64,000 nt of DNA from Botryllus schlosseri (Eukaryota). Positions 11,357-24,158 of this stretch are shown piece after piece. The notes under the pieces are model-generated. The model searched no databases. It saw nothing but the letters and a program-made list of their open reading frames with translations, and was not told where the DNA came from. Numbering within the stretch: position 1 is the first letter of the stretch; the number at the start of each line of letters is the position of its first letter. The translations under genes were made by a program, and so were the position numbers. The DNA is taken from contig CM119379.1 of assembly GCA_051294905.1 (NCBI GenBank), positions 3,658,001 through 3,722,000 on the forward strand, in the 5' to 3' direction.

Positions 11357-12656
11357 CAGTGGTTCCCAACCTTTATTGTCTTCATTCCCCACTTCAGATT
11401 TATTCCGAGCCGTCATTCCCCACCAGGACTTTGAGCGCACGAAACGCGAAAAATTTATATAGGCTAATTCATGTTTGAATCGGTCAATATGATCGGGAAT
11501 TGCATATATTTTGCTATCAATTTTTTATCCCCTCTCTGCTCACGTAATCAGATTTACCTGTAGAGCTGCGTGAGGTGTTTTGGAAAAGGTAGGACCCCTA
11601 AATATGAATTTAACATCTTCGGGCAGACCCCTTGATATATTGACTTCGTTACATCATGCTATTTCGTGACCTCCAATATCTGCTATGTCAAAAGACATGG
11701 AAATCGCCAAAGCTAAAAGGCACACACGATTTCAAATTGGTATTGCTTTACTGGCAAATAATTTTTTCCCTGCGGGATGACATTTTTCCTGTGGGGTTCA
11801 GATCGCCAGGCCAGGAACATTCGGCACCAGCCATATAGCCGCCTACGGATAATTGAACATATCAAAATTTTCGGTCAACACATGGGCATTCCTTCTCGGC
11901 CAAGGTCTTCTTGCTGCTGATCGTTCTGGCACACTTCTCGGAGCCCCATGTTACATGGCCTTTAACTTCATACATGTCTTGGTACGTCGTGGCGCAGTAT
12001 TGGCCGACGCCGAAGTCTATATTTCTGTAAATTCTACATATTTTCGTGGGGGAAGGGTACCCAATAATCAAAATATGAGGCAATATTAAATCTCGCGCCC
12101 ACTGAAAAAAAATTTGAATAAGTGACATAAATTCCCAAAAATATATTCTATAATTTATGTTAATTCACGAAATCATTTTGGGCCCCTTCGAGCTCCCCCC
12201 CCCCTCCCAATTGGGGTTAAGGTCCTGTTCGCCACTACCCAACACTTTTGTCATCACAGAACAGCTATTTGCTGTTTGACTAAACAAGACACGCAATCAC
12301 ACCAATACGCAAGACAATCGTAAATATAACTGCAACGTAAAACGTTTTGTGAACCGATACCAGTAACGCTCAAAATTTCGCGAAAGCATTATTTCACGTC
12401 AAACTAGTCGTGCTGGATGCGTTTGTGACGTCATCATTGGCCATCCAAAGTTAAAAAATGAGGTTTTGTGAACACCGCGCAATATAATTTTCGATACATA
12501 CATTCCAGAGCAGTTAACTGGTAGCGGTAATTGCGCATATGTCTACATGAATATGAAGACTGTCCTGTAGATAATTCTGAGCAACGCGTCTATTCCCCAC
12601 CAGAAACCATTGAATTCCCCACTAGTGGGGAATTCCCCACCGTTTGGGAACCACTG
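11357..12656 (+). mobile_element. Non-autonomous hAT (Buster/Charlie-type) element, copy X
   Basis: TIRs CAGTGGTTCCCAAC / GTTTGGGAACCACTG. Near-identical in reverse complement to 18459-19714 and 24159-25905. Flanks GCGTAAAG and GTCTAGAG do not match each other. Confidence 0.9.
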
Positions 12657-13472
12657 GTCTAGAGGCCCCGCTGGGTGTCTGATTTCAATGACTACTCAAT
12701 TTCATTTCGACAGCAGCTTCTTCATTGTATCGCAGTCTTGTGGTGTTTTGCATTAATGAAAATTATTAACAAACTGAATCGAGTAAACTGAACTATACAT
12801 AAGGCTAATCAACATTTTACTGGATTCACCATGTAAAAAATAACTGAAACCGCTGCGGGGGGGGGGGGGGGGGGGGGGGTCAGTAACGAAGTACTTCTAC
12901 TTGTCGCAGTAGGCTACTTCAAGTATATTTTGCGCACTTTCATTACTTTCTCAAGTGATTTTGATATTAAACTACTTCTACTTGACAGTTTTCGGCATTT
13001 CAGGCAAAACTGGGCCCGATATAGTTATGCTTCATTAGGCCTACTTGTAAATCGCTAGTTCTACATTTGTAGAAATTATGTGCGTTACACTCTACTTGAG
13101 TGAGACGATGGCTACATTAACCATACCTCTGTGTGAATATACCATCCAATTACAAAGTCACAGTATGTATAAATGGGTATATCAAAACAGCATAGTAGAA
13201 ATTTATTTAACTTGGCAAAAATAGAATGGATGAAAGGGTTGATTTTTCAAAATTTTAGATCCTTGCCGGTAGATCTTCGGCGGCGTGTAAAAGAGACTCA
13301 CACTTGCTGGTTTCACGTGCGTAGCGTAGATGATGTGTAATTCTATCATGCTTTACTCTGTTTCATGAATTCCCTAGCAGTCATGAATTGCGTATCACTA
13401 TGACGCTTTGAAACTGGGAGACTGAATGTGAACAGCATACTAAGCTACTAGTACATCGAAAATGTCTGGAGT

Positions 13473-13869
13473 TCGGGTTGCATTTAAAACAAACGTTGTT
13501 TTAAAGTACTTTATTTAAACAGTGTTTTAAAAAAGGTCCTTTTAAAAATGTTTTTTTTTTAAGTTGTAAATTATGCCATAATTGTGTAAATACTTTACAA
13601 AAACATATTGTATGAGCCTATGGACATGGACAATTACCACCCGATATAGTCTGTTCAACAGCAATAGTATATATTATTTCATCAAAGGAGCTATTTTTAC
13701 CCTATATTTTCAATTGTCAATGTCAATCCCCTATGACGTCAGAATCGAATATTTGTGACGTCATGGCTTTAAAAAAACGTAAAAAACAATAATAGCATGT
13801 TTTAAATTAGGGCCTTATTGTTTTAAACACGTTTGTTTGAAATTGATTTTAGTTTTAAATGCAACCCTA
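13473..13869. mobile_element. hAT-type MITE
   Basis: TIRs TCGGGTTGCATTTAAAAC / GTTTTAAATGCAACCCTA; 8-bp flanks TCTGGAGT / TTTGGAGT (1 mismatch). Confidence 0.75.
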
Positions 13870-14386
13870 TTTGGAGTCGTAGTAAATGAAGTGGATCGAC
13901 TCCACTGCCCTGGTCACGGGATTGTATTGTGGAATTCGACATTGTGTCATTCTCATTCCAAATCCTATTGAATTAACTGATGGCATCTTATTGGAAGAAA
14001 GTAGATGAAATTGCGGAGCGCTAAAATGCTTATGTCACCAATACTTGACATAGCTGAATTGTCCATATACATAAGAATGTACCTCACAACTGTTGGATTG
14101 GATGCGCGCATACAGGATACAGCTAGACCTGTTCAAAAAATGCTACAACGGTGTCGCCACTCGTTAGGCTAGTCACTACGAGACCACGATGAGACGACAT
14201 GTTGACGGTAGGCCTACTCGACAAAAATTTCGTATTTTAAACCACAAATAAACTTCGTTCTGATTATGATTTTGCAGTTTTGCATTATGGTTTTGTTTAT
14301 AAATGACGGAAATGTACAAAACTTGTGATCGGTTGTAGCGAGGCACCATGCATTTGAATATCATGAAATAAATTGTCATAACATAC

Positions 14387-14580
14387 AGTCCATCCTCAAG
14401 ATTACCGGACCACGACTGACCTATCGATCTCGCTTCCCATGACATGCCGCCCTATTTCTTGTCGCTTTCTTTTTCTATACTGTATTCTTTACTTTCATTC
14501 AGTGTGCATGCCTCCTCTTTACTACGCCTAGGCCAAGGTGGGTGTCCGATTCCATTGACAAATCCAAGTCGCTTCGACAT
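14387..14580 (+). mobile_element. 3' UTR fragment of an L2/Crack-like LINE
   Basis: Reverse-complement homologue of 28480-28780. Confidence 0.65.
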
Positions 14581-15086
14581 CTTATAGATAGATATAGATA
14601 GATAGTCTTTTATTCGTCACATCAATAAATAAAGAAGTATACGAAACAAATATTGCAGTATAGACTGGGAGACGACGAGGGGCCGTTAGGCCTTCAGAGT
14701 CAGTCGCCACCCGTTTGGAGTGTTTGATGCGTGTAACATATATATTAAATCACACACATATACGTAGAGTCAACATTCAGTAAATATACGACTAACGACA
14801 CGATATTAAGCTTTAATAAAAGTGTAATAAAGGATAACATTAGAACAAGCTTCCTGTCTATTCATTGTATCGCATTTTTTGTGGTGTATTGAACTGATAA
14901 AATTGCTAATAAACCAATGATGATGAACTACGCAAGGACGATAGTTTGTGAATACGAACGCCTAAACAAGCCAACCATCACTGTTAACGATCAAATTTGG
15001 ATAGCGTAGAAACTGTAAATACGGCACGAATGTACGTTCGCAGGTAAACGGAATCTGATCATTACTTGGCTTGCCAGCCTTTCGAC

Positions 15087-15168
15087 GACGAGGTGGCCGA
15101 GTGGTTAAGGCGATGGACTGCTAATCCATTGTGCTCTGCACGCGTGGGTTCGAATCCCATCCTCGTCG
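15087..15168 (+). tRNA. trnS: tRNA-Ser(GCT)
   Basis: 82 nt; acceptor GACGAGG/CCTCGTC+G, anticodon arm ATGGA-CTGCTAA-TCCAT, long variable arm, GGTTCGAATCC. Confidence 0.97.
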
Positions 15169-15171
15169 CGT

Positions 15172-15243
15172 GGGGACGTAGCTCAGTGGTAGAGCGCACG
15201 CTTCGCATGTGTGAGGTCCCGGGTTCAATCCCCGGCGTCTCCA
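15172..15243 (+). tRNA. trnA: tRNA-Ala(CGC)
   Basis: 72 nt; acceptor GGGGACG/CGTCTCC+A with G3:U70, anticodon arm CACGC-TTCGCAT-GTGTG, GGTTCAATCC. Confidence 0.97.
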
Positions 15244-15246
15244 AAC

Positions 15247-15251
15247 TTTTT
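15247..15251 (+). terminator. Pol III oligo-T terminator after tRNA-Ala (the only one for the Ser-Ala pair)
   Basis: TTTTT 4 nt after the Ala discriminator. Confidence 0.8.
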
Positions 15252-15651
15252 CGATCGGATGATGCTAAATCGTTTCACATTTATAATTTAATTGGCTAGA
15301 TGTTTTGAGAAGTCAATTGCGCCGTAGGATTGTTATTATGATCAATAGCATGTAGATTGTCAACACTATTGTTGCAATTGTTATTTGTCTGGCTAATTTT
15401 GGCTAAACGCAGTTTGAATGTTGCTGCTCAACGATATGATGTGATTTGACGCAAACGATATATTCTAACCAAGTTTGCAAGCAAGCAAAAATTAAAACTG
15501 TAGTTTTAAAAATAGAAAATCATGACACTACCGGGAAGCGAACCCATCCGCTGTGATTTTGTTAGCAAGCCATGCTGCTTTGTTATCTGTAATGCTAAAC
15601 CACGGCCGACTCCAGAATTCCTACCAGGTGTTTGAGGTTTATCTAGGCCCC

Positions 15652-16110
15652 TCAATCAATCAGGTTTATTATTATTTTCATCGTTTCAAAACATTACAAG
15701 ACTGCGACACAATGAAAAGATAGGAAGGTGTCGAAACAACTTGGAGTAGCCGTTATTATCAGACACTCACCTTAGCCTAGGCGAAGTAAAGAAGAGGCGT
15801 GCGCACTGCACAGGCACACTGAATGAAAAGTAATGCAGAGAATATAAGACGCAAGCGATAAAATGAGGTGGCATGTGGCGGAGGGCGAGGTCGATGTTAG
15901 GTCGTGGTCCGGTAATCCTGAAGACTGGCTAGTATTCATTTAGAAGAAATTGCTTGTATTTCGACTTGAATGGGGACATGCTCGACGACCGTCGGATAGC
16001 CGGCGAGATGCTGTTCCACAATTGGGGTCCGGCATACTTGATAGAGCAATGCGTTTTATCTTGTATTCAGTCCTGATCATGGTAGTTGTTCTTCGTTGCC
16101 GCGCGACGGA
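15652..16110 (-). mobile_element. 3' end of L2/Crack-like LINE
   Basis: Minus strand encodes HCSIKYAGPQLWNSISPAIRRSSSMSPFKSKYKQFLLNEY*, homologous to the C-terminus of the RT ORF at 51152-52594. Confidence 0.75.
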
Positions 16111-18458
16111 AAATACCAGCAATTGAAGGTTTTTCCTATTTTCTTTTACTCTTCATGACGCCAGGTGAGGCACTGCCCCATTTGCCTCCCCCGCAGCCAC
16201 CCGCCAATGCTGCATTTCGTTCTTGATGTTGTGTCATTGCGGGTAACTCAAAGCAGAGAGTCACTAAATATTCACAAAGCGAAAGCTGAATATTTTGAGC
16301 AAACTTCTAACAAAGAAATTAAAATTTTTGAAAAGGGTAAAATTGCAGAGGTTTGAAGTTTGAATGGAAATAATTCCAGCCGCAAAGATAGCGTGTGAAA
16401 ATGTAATACATGAAAATGGTCCACAGTGCAGAACATACCAAGGTTCGTTTGTGAACGCGGTCCTCCAGCTTTATGAGGTTCACACACCGAATGCGAACGT
16501 GAACTTCACGTTCACACCATCCCTAGTAAATAGGTTAAGTATAGGCGCAATAATACTCTTCTAGATAATCTGTCTTTGACCAGCATCCACGTAAAACGAA
16601 CGAATACGACCCCAAGAAAAGGAAAAGTCGCTTACGAAAATTACTATTTTATGAAAAGTATTCGTTCAATCCAGCCAATGGATCGGAGTGGTTCTCAACC
16701 TTTTTCACCTTGCGGACCGGTAAAATGTCAAAAATATTTGGCGGACCGGTGGATTTCCAAAAATTGAAATTAAACCAAAATTAAAAGTATGCCACCGTTT
16801 TCTTGTAGGTATATGGTGATAGCAAGTGACATTTTGAGGGTTTTGATCGTAATTAATTATATTCAAGCTGGCAACCATGTGATTTTACGGTAGCGAATCT
16901 GCTTAGTCGATGTAATAGGCTATCACCTTGCCCGGAGCAACGTGCTACCGCCTAGAGTCGTTCACAGTCTTACGCCTCCGAAGACCGCGGATTTAACCGA
17001 CCATGATAACTCGACAATATCGTAAGAAGAAGCGTTTCGGAGTTTAACCAAGCACCTTATCGTGCTAACTTACTCATTGCCCACTACGACCAGACGTAAG
17101 CTATTCTGGCTACTACGAATACAATGCGCCGCACGAAAACAACTGACAACAGCTATACCTATAGCCACCAACATAGTCAGGGCCGATTAAGCACTTCCTC
17201 AGCTCACCCCCAACACACCATATAGTCTTCCCCCCAGGGTGATAAACCAAAGCTCTCCTGGCCCCACGTTTGCATGGATGTTTTCACCAGTACTGTAGGG
17301 AAAGAGTAAATGTGGCGTAATCGTGTGTGAGTACTTTCTAATTCATGGCTGAATCAGTCAGTATTATTGATAACACTGGTCAACAAAATGAAAAAAAAAA
17401 ATTTAGGCAGAACATCTGAGAGCCGTTTCTGGGGTTTTTGAGGTTGCTGATTACGAATATCACATCAGTTTTGTCAGATTGGCTCTTTGTCAGAAGATAT
17501 TTATACCCCTAAAAAAAGCCCAAAATTACTGTATGTAGGCCTACCCTTAAATATTTCACTTGGTATGAAGAAAATCGTCGTTTTTTGCTAATTTAATACT
17601 GCGCATGAATACATAATTGACTAAGAAGAACCCTCATGTTATTCTCACTTATTCTATCAATATTAACATGACATGATGCAAAATATTTGTTTGTTAAAAT
17701 AGAAGTTTATCAAGCCCACGAATTGTAGCCTACTTTTGCACAACAGAAACGCATCAATCCTGTATCAATTGATAATTCTACCAAGATTAAAGAGAAGTAT
17801 AAAACTATAAAATTTGCCCTTGAAGAGCTTAACTACCGTATGAGTCTCATTTTTTTGATTGTTAAATGGATAATTTTCCGCTGAGTCAACAAAGTGGGTA
17901 TACCTAGTAACCCTATCAAACGTGAAGCTTAAATCTGGTATCTGGTATAGGCGTATTCGTATACCGAATGAAAGATTCCAATTTCACATTAGGAATGAGT
18001 TCACTGTATGTAATTTCTCCTGAGATGTAGTAAATAAAACTTTTTAGATGATCGCGAAGCACTCAACTACAAACAAACCGTCCGAAAATTCGTATCTGCA
18101 TATCGAAAACTTGAGCACAAACATGAGCATAAAAGTTCACTTCCTGTTCAGTCGTCTTGATATATATATTTCCTGATCATCTTGTTGATTAGCAAGGGGA
18201 GAGGTTCTATCAAGACATCATAACAACAAAAGACAGATATTAAGGCCGATGAGATGAACAATTGAACATATTATGGCAGACCATTGCCGGAACCTTTCGA
18301 GAAACTGCACTAAATAGCTTACAGGTGAAATCGTACAAAAAAAGTTGTTCTTTAAAATAAATTCATAATATTATGTTCCAACTGATTATTTCGAATTTAC
18401 AATGGGTTGCTGACGTAAAATTGATTAAATTAATGTCACGTTATTTGACTATCTAGGC

Positions 18459-19714
18459 CAGTGGTTCCCAAACGGTGGGGAATTCCCCACTAGTGGGGAA
18501 TTCAATGGTTTCTGGTGGGGAATAGACGCGTTTGCTCAAAATTATCTACAGGACAGTCTTCATATTCACGTAGACATATGCGCAATTACCGCTACCAGTT
18601 AACTGCTCTGGAATGTATGTATCGAAAATTATATTGCGCGGTGTTCACAAAACCTCATTTTTAACTCTGGATGGCCAATGATGACGTCACAAACGCATCC
18701 AGCACGACTAGTTTGACGTGAAATAATGCTTTCGCGAAATTTTGAGCGTTACTGGTATCGGTTCACAAAACGTTTTACGTTGCAGTTATTTACGATTGTC
18801 TTGCGTACTGGTGTGGTTGCGTGTCTTGTTTAGTCAAACAGCAAATAGCTGTTCTGTGATGACAAAAGTCTTGGGTAGTGGCGAACAGGACCTTAACCCC
18901 AATTGGGGGGGGGAGCTCGAAGGGGCCCAAAATGATTTCGTGAATTAACATAAATTATAGAATATATTTTTGGGAATTTATGTCACTTATTCAAATTTTT
19001 TTTCAGTGGGCGCGAGATGTAATATTGCCTAATATTTTGATTATTGGGTACCCTTCCCCCACGAAAATATGTAGAATTTACAGAAATATAGACTTCGGCG
19101 TCGGCCAATACTGCGCCATGACGTACCAAGACATATATGAAGTTATAGGCCATGAAACATGGGGCTCCGAGAAGTGTGCCAGAACGATCAGGAGCAAGAA
19201 GACCTTGGCCGAGAAGGAATGCCCATGTGTTGACCGAAAATTTTGATATGTTTAATTATCCGTAGGCGGCTATATGGCTGGCGCCGAATGTTCCTGGCCT
19301 GGCGATCTGAACCCCACAGGAATAATGTCATCCCGCAGGGAATCGTGTGTGCCTTTTAGCTTTGGCGATTTCCATGTCTTTTGACATAGCAGATATTGGA
19401 GGTCACGAAATAGCATGATGTAACGAAGTCAATATATCAACGGGTCTGCCCGAAGATGTTAAATTCATATTTAGGGGTCCTACCTTTTCCAACACACCTC
19501 ACTCAGCTCTACAGGTAAATCTGATTACGTGAGCAGAGAGGGGATAAAAAATTGATAGTAAAATATATGCAATTCCCGATCATATTGACCGATTCAAACA
19601 CGAATTAGCCTATATAAATTTTACGCGCTTTGTGCGCTCAAATTCCTGGTGGGGAATGACGGCTCGGAATAAATCTGAAGTGGGGAATGAAGACAAAAAG
19701 GTTGGGAACCACTG
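18459..19714 (-). mobile_element. hAT element copy Y
   Basis: TIRs CAGTGGTTCCCAAAC / GGTTGGGAACCACTG. Shares the GCGTAAAG junction with copy X and has a small internal deletion relative to X and Z. Confidence 0.9.
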
Positions 19715-20433
19715 CTTTACGCCTTCTTCGTATACTACAGACGATTGAAATCAGCGGATGGTTTTTTATTCTATTTGCGGTCGTCTTGAATTAATAGGCA
19801 GCGTTTATATCCATTCAATTCATCTGCGGAAATTGACTTGAAGTTTTTTATTCTCGATACTTACCAAATCCGAATAATATACCTATATATATTTTGATTC
19901 CATTTATTCGTGTGCGCGCGTACATCGGCACTCTTGCCATTCTCATAGTTGGATTTTAGACGAAGTCATTTTCCTGATTCGTCACAGAAAAAATCCAGGA
20001 CGCATTGTTCTGAAAGTCGTATTTTCAAGTTATTAACTTTATTATATACGTTCAGCCACTCAGCTTTTACTTGTGCACTGACCGTGTAGCTTTGGCCTGC
20101 CTGTACATTAAGGCGATAAAACTGTCTGTACTGAATGACACTTCGTAGCGTTATTTGTACTTTATCAGCCTTAGCGACTACGTTGCCCTCTTCAGTGAAG
20201 ACTTATTGGCCCTTTCTTTGGCTTTTCTTTTAGTATCTGTAATAGCTTATTACTTTTGTTTGCCATACAAAACTTTATCGACTACCAAAAATATGACACG
20301 ATAAGGTACCGTATTTTGTCGTTTATGGGGGCAAATGTCGTATACAGTTTCTCTATCGATGTTAGGCGTCTGAAATTACTGGTATAAAGTTTGTGAATGG
20401 TATCGCCGTTTTCAAATACAAGTTGAAAAAGCG

Positions 20434-20505
20434 TTCCCAGACCGGGAATCGAACCCGGGCCGCCTGGGTGAAAGCCAGGAATCCTGACCCCTAGACCATC
20501 TGGGA
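20434..20505 (-). tRNA. trnE: tRNA-Glu(TTC), intact, carried in the composite
   Basis: Reverse complement is a full cloverleaf followed by a TTTTT terminator. Confidence 0.95.
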
Positions 20506-20750
20506 GGCGGCGGAGGATCGCTATTGATCTCACCGAATCAATTTGGCGGTTCCATTTAAGTTCAAAGAGTGCGCAATGTGCATGCATAGATAGTTTAGTT
20601 TAGACTTAATATAGATAAATTCTAAGATTACAATCGACTGACAATCCTTTCAAGGATTTTCGATGTTTATCTATTTATGTTAGACATCTGAAATTACGGG
20701 TAATAAAGTCTGAATTGTATTGCCGTTTTCGAATTCAAGTTGAAAAAGTG

Positions 20751-20822
20751 TTCCCAGACCGGGAATCAAACCCGGGCCGCCTGGGTGAGAGCCAGGAATC
20801 CTGACCCCTAGACCACCTGGTA
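20751..20822 (-). pseudogene. trnE: tRNA-Glu(CTC) pseudogene
   Basis: TACCAGG acceptor mismatches and T-loop TTTGA. Confidence 0.78.
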
Positions 20823-21309
20823 GACGTTGATAGGGGAGCTGTTCATCTCAGGAAACCAATCTGGTGGTTCCACTTGAATCCAAAGAGTTTGGCATGCACA
20901 GATAGATTAGACCAGTGGTTCCCAACGTGGACGATATCGGGCCCAGTGGGCAATTTTGAGAAACAAGAGGGCGAAAATACCAAAGTATACTAGGACACGA
21001 ACATTTTAGAACGGCTTATTCTGCATATGACGCGAAAAAAATGTCGAATCAACGAAAATTAGACACGGAAACCGGTGTTGCTACCTCGGAAAATTGGCTA
21101 TTTTAGTACTAAAATTACCAGTGATTGCCCGTTTAGGTAATATGTCCTATTTTCGGATCCTTAAATATGGGTGGGGGAGGGGGCGAAAATTTCGAGATTG
21201 ATAAGGAGGCGATGTGTCGAAAAAGGTTCCGAACCACTGTGTAGCCCGTTTAGTCCAAATGTTGTAGATGGCCCGTTGTCTACTCATGGTGAATCAAATA
21301 CCATCGAAT

Positions 21310-21520
21310 GTATTATTTTAAGATGGTCCATGATGATGTCCTTTTGTCGACAAAACTTGGGCTGGTGCATTTTGATAAAGGTCGACTTCAAGGCACACAA
21401 GTGAAAGTGTGAGCGGCCCCTCTTGATGACGCAAAGTCTGTCGTCTCGATAATTTTTCGCACAGGCGGGATCATCCAACAAATATTCGCCAATGGCAGAA
21501 ATTATGGCTTTGAACGCTCA
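21310..21520 (-). pseudogene. Penelope GIY-YIG fragment (copy 3, inverted)
   Basis: Reverse complement of 10150-10350; ORF 21284-21481. Confidence 0.8.
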
Positions 21521-22597
21521 GCGTCAAGCTTAAGTGGATAAGTTTTAATTTATGTCGTTTGTTATCGTGGACTATAGACTTAGAGATGATAAAATATTTG
21601 CGTGCTCCTCTGACGGTCTCGTGGCCCGCAACGGACCATGGCCTACAGGTTGAGAAACCCTGCCCTAAATATACCTTTCCTTTCTACAAAAATGTTTGCC
21701 AATATATCCCTTACAAGAACGCTATTGAATTTGAATCCTTTCTTACTTTTCAGTGATTTACGTTATTATGGTGACGACCAACTTCGTGCTTTTCATCATT
21801 AATGTGGTGAAATATAAAGAACACGGAGTCATAACAGGGCTCATGGGAACATGCTTGGAAGGATTTGCTATTCTTTACGCCTTCTTCGTATACTACAGAC
21901 GATTGAAATCAGCGGATGGTTTTTTATTCTATTTGCGGTCGTCTTGAATTAATAGACAGCGTTCACATCCATTCAATTCATCTGCGGAAATTTACTTGAA
22001 GTTTTTTATTCTCGATACTTACCAAATCCAAATAATATACCTCTATATATTTTGACGCCATTTATTTGTGTGCGCGCGTGCATCGGCACTCTTGCCATTC
22101 TCATAGTTGGATTTGAGACAAAGTACATTTTCCTGATTCGTCACAGAAAAAATCCAGGACGCATTGCTCTGAAAGTCGCATTTTCAAGTTATTAACTTTA
22201 TTATATACGTTCAGCCACTCAGCTTTTACTTGTGCACTGACCGTGTAGCTTAATTTGGGCCTGCCTGTACATTACGGCGATAAAACTGTTTGTACTGAAC
22301 GGCACTTTGCAGCGTTATTTGTACTTTATCAGCCTTAGCGACTACGTTGCCCTCTTCAGTGAAGACTTATTGGCCCTTTCTTTGGCTTATGTTTTAGTAT
22401 CTGTAGTAGCTTATTAATTTTGTTTGCCATACAAAACTTTATCGACTACCGAAAATACGACACGATAAGGTACCGTATTTTGTCGTTTGTGGGAGCGCGA
22501 GTCGTATACAGTTTCTCTATTGATGTTAAGCGTCTGAAATTAATGGTATAAAGTTTGTGAATGGTATTGCCGTTTTTAAATGCAAGTTGAAAAAGCG

Positions 22598-22669
22598 CTC
22601 CCAGACCGGGAATCGAACCCCGGCCGCCTGGGTGAAAGCCAGGAATCCTGACCCCTAGACCATCTGGGA
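22598..22669 (-). tRNA. trnE: tRNA-Glu(TTC) variant
   Basis: Cloverleaf with one T-stem mismatch and a G discriminator; terminator present. Confidence 0.7.
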
Positions 22670-22907
22670 GACGGCGAAGGTGCGCTATTGATCCCATCGA
22701 ATGAATATGGCGGTTCCATTTAAGTTCAAAGAGTGCGCAATGTGCATGCATAGATAGTTTAGTTCAGACTTAATGTAGCTAAATTCTAAGATTACAATCG
22801 ACTGACAATCCTTTCAAGGACTTTCGATGTTTGTCTATTTATGTAAGACATCTGAAATTACGGGTAATACAGTCTGTGAATTGTATCGCCGTTTTCGAGA
22901 AAGAGTG

Positions 22908-22979
22908 TTGCTAGACCGGGAATCGATCCCGATCCGCCTGGGTGAGAGCCAGGAATCCGGACCCCTAGACCATCTGGGA
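22908..22979 (-). pseudogene. trnE: tRNA-Glu(CTC) pseudogene
   Basis: Mirror of 1817-1888; B box GGGATCGA, acceptor disrupted. Confidence 0.8.
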
Positions 22980-24095
22980 GACCTTGACACGGAGCTGTTC
23001 ATCTCACGAAACCAATCTGGTGGTTCCACTTTAATCCAAAGAGTTTGGCATGCATAGATAGTTTAGACCTGGGGTTCCCAACCGGTGGGGAATTCCCCAC
23101 TGGTGGGAAATTCAATGGTTTCCACTGGGGAATTGACGTATTTGTTTAACATACAGGGTAGTCTACATATTTACGGACGCTCATGCGCGATTGCCGGAAT
23201 GTATAAAAAAATATATAAATTGAAAATGTCCTCGGAGGACGCTCAAATGTCCTCTTTTAGAGGGATTTGTCCTCTTCTCCGCTGAAAAGGATTTCAATGC
23301 CACGAAAACTGCGACTCGTTTCGTAAAAAATCGGGGGTTGAGTAAAAGTGATGACCGTTATTTTAGTCAACACAATACGCTCGATCGAAAAAATTTCAAA
23401 ATCACCCTTTTTTGAAGCTTTCAGATCTTCTTTTTAGGATCTCAAAATATGGTTTGATATTTTGAAGCAGGAGCGGGCAACTTCGCTCTCCAATCGGCAG
23501 GCCTGATATATGAAAATTAGGAACTAGGCGGGCCGGATTGCTGAATCGATACATTATTCGCCCATTTATCCACACATACAAGGAATAAATCGTATTTAAT
23601 GAATGTATTTTAACGACCGCAATGTCACTTCAAAGACATTTCTCGCCGATAATGCCGAAGACAATGTGGATTAGAGAACAGCATTGTCATACAGGCGCCG
23701 CCATATTTGCTTCTCTCAGATTAATTAACACATGGTCCATTCCTTAATTAAGATTTCAATGCGTTCGATAAGCCCGCGGAACTGCAAATTTACCAAGATA
23801 TCAAGTCATTAGAGTTGAGTAGGCCTGCATTTTAAATGTCGATAATTCAAGTCTTCTCGCTTCGACGAACTTACACGTAAGCTTCACTCTCGCACGCTGC
23901 GCACACACGTATATAATAACATACATTCAATAGAATTTGACGTAGTAGGCAAGTAGTGGGGAATCTCGGTAGACTGGGGCCGCAGGCTACATTATCATTA
24001 CAAACGGGAGACTGTCCGCGGACCGGACGAAATAACATCTTGAATCACGGGTCTGTGAATGGTATTACCGTTTTCGAATTCAAGTTGAATAAGAG

Positions 24096-24158
24096 TTCCC
24101 AGACCGGGAATCGAATCCGGGCCGCATGGGTGAAAGCCAGGAATCCGGACCCCTAGAC
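24096..24158 (-). pseudogene. trnE: tRNA-Glu(TTC) truncated in the D-arm by the hAT end
   Basis: Mirror of tRNA nt ~627-688. The 5' ~9 nt are replaced by the TIR of copy Z starting at 24159. Confidence 0.88.

Noticed and set aside
15062-15299. ORFs on both strands
   Set aside because: They are readings through tRNA-Ser and tRNA-Ala.
17030-17100. Weak hammerhead-like GAAAC motif on the minus strand
   Set aside because: The CUGANGA core is absent and the helices are not convincing.
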